DNA from: a bacterium
Lineage (GTDB): Bacteria; Desulfobacterota; DSWW01
Reading direction: 5' to 3'
NCBI GenBank assembly: GCA_040756235.1
Contig: JBFLZG010000129.1
Span: 1-15,970, forward strand
Length of the DNA stretch: 15,970 nucleotides
Positions 10,751-15,970 of the stretch are shown one piece after another (within the stretch, counting starts at the first letter, position 1; the number at the start of each line of letters is the position of its first letter). A program made the position numbers and the translations under genes. The notes beneath the pieces are model-generated. The model did no database searches and had not been told where the DNA came from. It saw only the letters and a list, made by a program, of their open reading frames with translations.

Positions 10751-11221
10751 ATGGAAGAAAAAAAGACCCTGCTCGCTGCGGTGGATGGTTCCCAGGCCTC
10801 GGAGAACGCCATCCGGTTCGCCGGCATGCTGGCCAAGAGGCTAGGCGCCAAGGTTCTGCTCTTCCATGTCATCGAGGCGGAGAAAGTCGGCTACTGGATG
10901 TTCATCGACAAGCACTTCGTCAAGGAGCTGGAAAAGGCCACGGCCAAGATCATCGACCGCGCCAAAGGGCTCCTGGACAACATCGGCGTCGAGTACACGG
11001 TCGAGACCAGGGACCTGAAGCAGTCGACCTATCTGGAAATCGTGGCGGCCGTGGAACAGAACCCGGCGGCGCTGGCCCTGGTCATGGGGGACCGGGGCCT
11101 GGGCCTGCGCGAACACCGGGCCCTGGGGAGCACGACCGACAGGGTCATCCACGAAGTCTCCAAGCGGGCCCTGCCCACTCCCGTCATCGTGGTCCCTGCT
11201 GCCGGATTCAGGGAGATCTGA
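10751..11221 (+). CDS. Universal stress protein (single USP domain, ATP-binding type)
   Basis: Motifs LLAAVDGSQAS, LLFHVI, LVMGDRGLGLREHRALGS (exact G-2x-G-9x-G-S motif) and PVIVVP. Start is ATG 10751 or TTG 10745. Confidence 0.92.
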   Translation: MEEKKTLLAAVDGSQASENAIRFAGMLAKRLGAKVLLFHVIEAEKVGYWMFIDKHFVKELEKATAKIIDRAKGLLDNIGVEYTVETRDLKQSTYLEIVAAVEQNPAALALVMGDRGLGLREHRALGSTTDRVIHEVSKRALPTPVIVVPAAGFREI

Positions 11222-11229
11222 TCTGCGGC

Positions 11230-11238
11230 TGCTATAAT
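11230..11238 (+). promoter_or_regulatory. Perfect extended -10 element
   Basis: TG-C-TATAAT in otherwise GC-rich DNA, 9 nt after the USP stop. No credible plus-strand CDS follows it. Confidence 0.55.
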
Positions 11239-11244
11239 AAGTAC

Positions 11245-11475
11245 CTCGGTTCATAAATTCGGCAACGTATTCTACGAGAACGGCCGGCCGGCAACAGGAG
11301 GCGTGGCAACCGAGGGGCTAAGAAGCCGAACATCGCGAGCGCAAGCGTGGCGACCTCAATGTTACCGGGAGGTTGCCACGGACCTTCGGTCCTCGCAATG
11401 TCCGTTGGTACTTGGAGGTCGCCATCTCGCTGCCGACCGACGGGTTCTCAAAGAGTACGTTAGCGTTACGCCGAC
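11245..11475 (+). ncRNA. Candidate structured non-coding RNA or nested palindromic element
   Basis: At least seven nested inverted-repeat pairs between 11259 and 11474, some mismatches being G-U compatible on the plus strand, directly downstream of TGCTATAAT. No family recognised. Confidence 0.45.
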
Positions 11476-11480
11476 GTGCA

Positions 11481-12776
11481 CTAAGTCAAAGGCAGCCCGC
11501 GGATCCCCACCCGAATCCGGTAGACCTTGCCCGTGAACCCGTACGCGTACAGGCTGTAAGGGTCGAAAGGCTCGGCGCCGAATTCGATGTTCGTCATGAT
11601 GTCTCCCGGGAGCGCCACGGCGAAGTAGCGATGGAAGCGGCCGTCCGGCGTGTAGACGTAGACGGCGCTCGTCAGGAGGCCTGCCAGACCGCCGTCGAGG
11701 AACCCTGAGAAGACCACGTAGAGGTTCCCTTCCTGGTCGAAAGTCAGTCCGTCTCCGGCCAGGACAGAGAGCTCAGCCAGAGGCTCGATCGGGCCTGCCT
11801 GTCCGTCCGGCCGCACGGCGCTCCGGTACAGGCCGCCCGGCAAGTCCGGCCCGGCGCAGAAGACAGCCCCGTTCTCGGTGGTGAAGTAGAGGAAGCCCTG
11901 CTCGGGGTCGAAAGCCAGGCCGTTCGGGCCCGGCACCGAGAGGAATTCGCTGGCCGTACCGTCCTGGCGGGAAATCCGATAGATCCGGTTGTCGCAGGTG
12001 GCGGAGAGGAACAGGTCTCCGGAACCGTGCACGGCGACGGCGTTGGGCAGCCCGAAGGGCACCCCCTGGAACCCGCTCGAGAAGATCTCGCAGACCCCGG
12101 AGGGGCTGACGCGTTTGACCGAGCCGGCGTCGGCACCCCCGTTCTCACAAACGAAAAGCTCTCCCCCGGGCCCAAAGGCGTTGCCTACCGGGCCTGAAAT
12201 CGACGGGCCCGTCAGCGTCCATTCCTGCAGGGTCGCGCCCGGCTGGGAGAGCACCAGCAGCCCTCCCGACTTGCCCAGATGCAGGCCGCGACCCGGCCAG
12301 AAGGCCAGGTCCTCGCTGGCCATCCCGGTCGGAGCCTGGGCGACGAGCTCCAGCGACGGCGGCTCCCCCGGGGCGGCCCAGGCCTGGACATCCACGGCGC
12401 TGCCTCCTGCCTGCGCTCGCATGCGGTTCCAGACAGGAGGCGACCCCAACGCCCAGGAGACCGAGGCGAGGCCGTTCGCGTCCGTGACCGCGGACTCGGC
12501 GGACAGGCTGCCGCCTCCGCCCGTGATGTCGAACCGCACGTTCACCCCGGAGACCAGATTGCCGTTGCCGTCGCGGACAGCCACCATGACCGGCTCGGCC
12601 AGAGTGCTGCCCGTCTGCCCCTCCTGGTCGCCTCCGGAGACGACTTCGAGCGCATAGTCCTGGCCGGCGACACGCTCGCCGTCGCCGTCATCATCGCAGC
12701 CCGCACCCGCAAGGGCTCCCAGCATTTGCAGGAGAGCCAAGGCGAGCAAGACTGGCGTTCTCGGGAGTGTTTGCAT
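11481..12776 (-). CDS. Lipoprotein with Ig-like (Big-1-type) domain and SMP-30/gluconolactonase beta-propeller
   Basis: Lipobox-like LAGAG-C followed by an acidic linker. Ig-like region SGGDQEG...PVMVAVRDGNGNLVSGVNVRF...TDANGLASVSW. Propeller motifs SEDLAF, LPNAV, GPNGLAFD, GDGLTFDQEGNLYV, TNIEFG. Confidence 0.85.
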   Translation of the reverse strand: MQTLPRTPVLLALALLQMLGALAGAGCDDDGDGERVAGQDYALEVVSGGDQEGQTGSTLAEPVMVAVRDGNGNLVSGVNVRFDITGGGGSLSAESAVTDANGLASVSWALGSPPVWNRMRAQAGGSAVDVQAWAAPGEPPSLELVAQAPTGMASEDLAFWPGRGLHLGKSGGLLVLSQPGATLQEWTLTGPSISGPVGNAFGPGGELFVCENGGADAGSVKRVSPSGVCEIFSSGFQGVPFGLPNAVAVHGSGDLFLSATCDNRIYRISRQDGTASEFLSVPGPNGLAFDPEQGFLYFTTENGAVFCAGPDLPGGLYRSAVRPDGQAGPIEPLAELSVLAGDGLTFDQEGNLYVVFSGFLDGGLAGLLTSAVYVYTPDGRFHRYFAVALPGDIMTNIEFGAEPFDPYSLYAYGFTGKVYRIRVGIRGLPLT

Positions 12777-12818
12777 GGCGGGTTTCCCCCTTCTGTCGGT
12801 CTGTCGAAAAACCCTGCT

Positions 12819-13721
12819 TCACCTGTTCTGGGCAGAGAGCCTCGCGGCCAGCCCCAGCCGGACGAATACCCATGGCATGCCGACAGCCGCGAACAGCGAC
12901 AGCGCCAGGTAGCGCAGGAACTGCAGGAAGCCCTGCGCTCCCTGCCCCGAGCAGGCCGTCTCCAGGGCCCAGCCCAGGGGCAAGAGAAAGAGCATCCCGA
13001 CGAGGAAGCGGAGCGCCCGCGTGGACAGCCGGCCCCCGGTGTCGAACCGCACCCACCGGGCCTCCAGGGCCGAGCCCGCGCCCAGGCCCATGAGGGAGGC
13101 TGCGACGACGATTCCGTAGGCGTCTCCCGCGGGAATAAGGAGGATGAGCAGGGCCGGCAGGCAAAGACCTGCGAGGACCTGGAGCATCAGCCGCGAGCGC
13201 CTGAGTCGGGCCTCGACCGCAGGCTCGAGGCGCAGGTAGAGGAGTAACAGGGCCCCTCCCATCAAATAGCCGCCCAGGATGTCCGTCGGGAAGTGAACGC
13301 CCAGGTAGATCCTCGACAGCGGGATGAGCGCGATAAGCAGCCCGGCTGCCGCCCACAGCCACGGGCGGCGAAAAGAAGAGGCCAGGTAGCCCCAGACGAC
13401 GACCGCGTTCTGGGCATGGCCGCTGGGAAAACCGTGGCCCCCGGCCGGAAAGATGGAGCGGACGCGGGGGTCGTACTCGAACGGCCTGGGCTGGGCTGCA
13501 ATCGCCTTGGCCGCGCCGTTGAAGTAGGCCGATAGGAGGAAGAGTACGGCGAACCGTATACCGAGCCTCCGATCCGCGCACCAGTAGAGCAGGGGCAGCA
13601 GCAGCACGAAGAAGCTCTGCTCTCCGAGCAGCGTGAGGAAGATGAACGGAAGGTCCAGCAAGGGGCTGTATTGCTGCAACCAAAGGACGATGTTTACGCC
13701 CCAGTCCAGAATGTGTTCCAT
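12819..13721 (-). CDS. PAP2-family membrane phosphatase, 300 aa
   Basis: All three catalytic motifs: KAIAAQPRP (KX6RP), FPSGH, SRIYLGVHFPTD (SRX5HX3D). Multiple TM segments. Confidence 0.93.
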   Translation of the reverse strand: MEHILDWGVNIVLWLQQYSPLLDLPFIFLTLLGEQSFFVLLLPLLYWCADRRLGIRFAVLFLLSAYFNGAAKAIAAQPRPFEYDPRVRSIFPAGGHGFPSGHAQNAVVVWGYLASSFRRPWLWAAAGLLIALIPLSRIYLGVHFPTDILGGYLMGGALLLLYLRLEPAVEARLRRSRLMLQVLAGLCLPALLILLIPAGDAYGIVVAASLMGLGAGSALEARWVRFDTGGRLSTRALRFLVGMLFLLPLGWALETACSGQGAQGFLQFLRYLALSLFAAVGMPWVFVRLGLAARLSAQNR

Positions 13722-13731
13722 GCCTCGCCTG

Positions 13732-13788
13732 TGTTCGATCGAACAAAGTCGACTCCTGGAGTTTGAGGACGCGGCCCCGCCTTGTCAA
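13732..13788 (-). promoter_or_regulatory. Putative sigma70 promoter of the PAP2 gene with downstream palindromic operator
   Basis: Minus strand TTGACA (13788-13783), 17-nt spacer, CAAACT (13765-13760). Perfect 14-bp palindrome TGTTCGATCGAACA at 13732-13745. Confidence 0.5.
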
Positions 13789-13823
13789 CGGAGAGGACGG
13801 TTGCGGGAAAGGTGTTTTTGCCG

Positions 13824-13853
13824 TTGACGCAACCTTTTGAAAAATAGTAATTT
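13824..13853 (+). promoter_or_regulatory. Putative sigma70 promoter of the subtilase gene
   Basis: TTGACG (13824-13829), 18-nt spacer, TAATTT (13848-13853), in an AT-rich patch ~50 nt upstream of the start. Confidence 0.4.
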
Positions 13854-13902
13854 CGAATAAAACAATTGACCAATGACCGCGAAAGGACCGCAGGGAGGGA
13901 TC

Positions 13903-15765
13903 ATGGAGCCTCGGAAGCGCACATGCCGGACCGGCTCTCACCATCGGGTACTGGCCGGAATCGGGGTCGCCGTGCTCCTGGCGAGCTCCGCGGGGGCGGT
14001 TGAGCTGCCCGGGGCAGGACGCCATGGCCCGCTCTACCTGCCGGACCGGCTCATCGTGAAGTACAGGGCCCGAGGGACCCCGGCCGGGCAGGCGGCGGCT
14101 CTGGCCCGAGCCTCCCTGCGGGAAACCGAGCGGCTCCGACACGTCGGGCTCACGGTGGCTCGGGCCGAGATGCCGGGCCAGGACCTGGACGCGTCACTGG
14201 CGAGGCTCGCGCTCGATCCGGCGGTGGAGTGGGCCGAGAAGATCCCGCTCGCCCGCTACCAGCTGGTGCCGCCGGATCCCGACTTTTCGGCGCAGTGGCC
14301 GCTCCGCAACACGGGGCAGACCGGAGGCACGCCGGACGCCGATATCGATGCCGTGGAAGCGTGGGACGTGGAAGACGGCAGCGCTCACCCGATCGTGGTG
14401 GCCGTGATCGATTCGGGTCTGGACTACACCCACCCGGACCTCGCCGGAAACGTCTGGACGAACCCGGGCGAGGACGCCTGGTCGGACCCGCTCGACCCCT
14501 CGACCGGGAACGGAGTCGACGACGACGGGAACGGCCGCATCGACGACTGGAAGGGGTGGGACTTCGTCGGCGCCAATTTGCTGCTGCCCGTGCCGGACAA
14601 CGATCCCCTGGATGCGCTCGGCCACGGGACTCACGTGGCGGGCATCATTGCCGCCGCCTCCAACGACCAGGGCGGCGTGGGGGTCGATTTCCACGCGCGC
14701 CTCCTTCCCATCAAGATCGGAGACAACTCGGAGGGCCTGAACAGCCTGATGGCCATCGTGGCGATCGATTACCTCATTGACCTGAAGACGCGTTCGGCCC
14801 ACCCGGAGCCTGACCTGCGCGTGATCAACGCGAGCTGGGGGCAGCTCGTTGCGCTGCAGGCCATGAAGACGGCCATCGAGGCTGCGGGGGAGGCGGGGAT
14901 CCTGTTCGTGTGTGCCGCCGGTAACGGAGGATTCGACCAGATCGGCGACGACATCGACCACCCCGGGCTGCTCGAAGGCAACTGGCCGGCTGCCTTCGAC
15001 TCCGACAGCATCGTGAGCGTGGCTGCGACCGATCATCACGACGCGCTCGCGTCGTTCTCGAACTACGGCGCCGTGAGCGTCGACCTGGCCGCACCCGGCG
15101 TGAGTTACTTCGCCACCATGCCGACCTACGAGGTGGTCCTCAACACCGAGTACGGCTATTCACAGGATTACGATTTTCTTTCCGGCACCTCCATGGCCTC
15201 GCCCTGCGTGGCCGGGGCGGCGGCTCTCTTCATGGCGAAGAACCCTTCCTTGGGGCTCTGCGAAATCAAGAGCCTGCTGATGGAGTACGTGGACCCGGTC
15301 GCCGCGCTCGCGGGCAAGACCGTGACCGGAGGCAGGCTCAACCTCGCGGCCGGAATCAGCGGCGAGCCGGTGGACACGGACGGGGACCTCGAGACGGACG
15401 TCTGCGATGAAGACGACGATGACGACGGCTGCCCCGACGGGGTCGACCGGGATCGCGTCGTCTGGAGCCAGGACGGAGACGGGGACGGCTTCGGCCTGGA
15501 CTGTGACTGCAACGACGCGGATCCGGCGGTCCACCCCGGAGCGGTCGAGATCGAGGGAAACGGCCTCGACGATGACTGCAACCCGGCCACGCCCGACCAG
15601 CCCGGCTGGGGGGCTGCCGCCGCGGCTGAAGCCTCCTCGGGCGTTGGCTCTGGCCCGGACCTTTCCGCGGCCGTGAACCTCTCCGCGGCCCTTGCCCTCT
15701 CGCTGGGAGCCGTTCTGACGCTGCGGGGCGCGCGCCGCAGGCGCCGCAGACGGACAGGTATGTAG
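13903..15765 (+). CDS. Secreted S8 (subtilisin-like) serine peptidase with acidic Ca-binding-like repeats and C-terminal membrane anchor, 620 aa
   Basis: ATG at 13903 after GGGAGG. Signal peptide ending SSAGA, then a prodomain. Catalytic triad VAVIDSG / HGTHVAG / SGTSMASP and oxyanion AAGN. Tail DxDGD repeats and DCNDADPAVHPGAVEIEGNGLDDDCN, then a TM helix and poly-Arg. Confidence 0.95.
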   Translation: MEPRKRTCRTGSHHRVLAGIGVAVLLASSAGAVELPGAGRHGPLYLPDRLIVKYRARGTPAGQAAALARASLRETERLRHVGLTVARAEMPGQDLDASLARLALDPAVEWAEKIPLARYQLVPPDPDFSAQWPLRNTGQTGGTPDADIDAVEAWDVEDGSAHPIVVAVIDSGLDYTHPDLAGNVWTNPGEDAWSDPLDPSTGNGVDDDGNGRIDDWKGWDFVGANLLLPVPDNDPLDALGHGTHVAGIIAAASNDQGGVGVDFHARLLPIKIGDNSEGLNSLMAIVAIDYLIDLKTRSAHPEPDLRVINASWGQLVALQAMKTAIEAAGEAGILFVCAAGNGGFDQIGDDIDHPGLLEGNWPAAFDSDSIVSVAATDHHDALASFSNYGAVSVDLAAPGVSYFATMPTYEVVLNTEYGYSQDYDFLSGTSMASPCVAGAAALFMAKNPSLGLCEIKSLLMEYVDPVAALAGKTVTGGRLNLAAGISGEPVDTDGDLETDVCDEDDDDDGCPDGVDRDRVVWSQDGDGDGFGLDCDCNDADPAVHPGAVEIEGNGLDDDCNPATPDQPGWGAAAAAEASSGVGSGPDLSAAVNLSAALALSLGAVLTLRGARRRRRRRTGM

Positions 15766-15810
15766 GGGCGAGCGGCCGGGGTGACGAAACAGGACACAGA
15801 GCCTCTTCTC

Positions 15811-15924
15811 CGTCATTCCGGCGCAGGCCGGAATCCAGTCCCCACGCCGCCGTGCTTGCCGCTGTTCTTGATGCACTCTTCTGGATCCCGGCTGGGACGC
15901 GCTCCGCACATGGGCCGGGATGAC
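15811..15924. repeat. CGTC-tagged REP-like inverted doublet (right copy)
   Basis: CGTC-ATTCCGGC-GCAG-GCCGGAAT-CCAG (15811-15838), a spacer, then the inverted partner CTGG-ATCCCGGC...GCCGGGAT-GAC (15881-15924). Shares the spacer and second arm with 31-125. Confidence 0.85.
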
Positions 15925-15970
15925 CAGATATGGCGGCTCGCAGGCCGTAAGCCAGTCCATAGGGGCGAGC

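Noticed and set aside
11245..11475. tmRNA, RNase P RNA, SRP RNA, tRNA or retron msr-msd
   Set aside because: No tRNA-like ends or CCA, no GAGGAAAGTCC, no SRP loop motif, and no reverse transcriptase gene in the window.
11303..11536. 77-aa ORF after AGGAGG, considered as a type I toxin or leader peptide
   Set aside because: Only 1 nt separates the RBS from GTG, the peptide is not hydrophobic, it overlaps the convergent gene, and the region is better explained by base pairing.
12691..14142. 483-aa minus-strand ORF
   Set aside because: Off-frame overlap of the PAP2 gene and antisense to the subtilase start; low-complexity Arg/Pro/Gly composition.
15160..15960. Minus-strand ORFs 15160-15960 and 15168-15797
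   Set aside because: Antisense to the subtilase; the WIPACAGMT peptide is simply the translation of the CGTC palindrome.

Overview
High-GC bacterial DNA, probably from a deltaproteobacterial (Desulfobacterota-like) lineage; this is inferred from gene content only. Bases 166-11221 hold two divergent gene clusters. The minus-strand cluster reads: dikinase-like protein A, stand-alone receiver protein, dikinase-like protein B, dCache/PAS sensor histidine kinase, receiver + Fis-like-tail regulator. The plus-strand cluster reads: TauE/SafE membrane protein, TIGR02186-like membrane-anchored protein, ATP-binding universal stress protein. Both dikinase-like paralogues keep the PEP-synthase ATP-grasp and phospho-histidine swivel domains, but a shared ~280-aa domain I cannot identify replaces the pyruvate-binding TIM barrel. 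This is the best candidate for an undescribed signalling/transport system. The right part holds a PAP2 phosphatase and an Ig-like/SMP-30 lipoprotein (minus strand) and a secreted S8 subtilase with an acidic Ca-binding-like tail and a C-terminal membrane anchor (plus strand). Non-coding structure includes a ~215-nt nested inverted-repeat element behind a perfect extended -10 box (candidate ncRNA), a heptamer-repeat hairpin next to an RBS, and related GTAG/CGTC-tagged REP-like mosaics at both window ends. No rRNA, tRNA, CRISPR array or transposase gene was seen.
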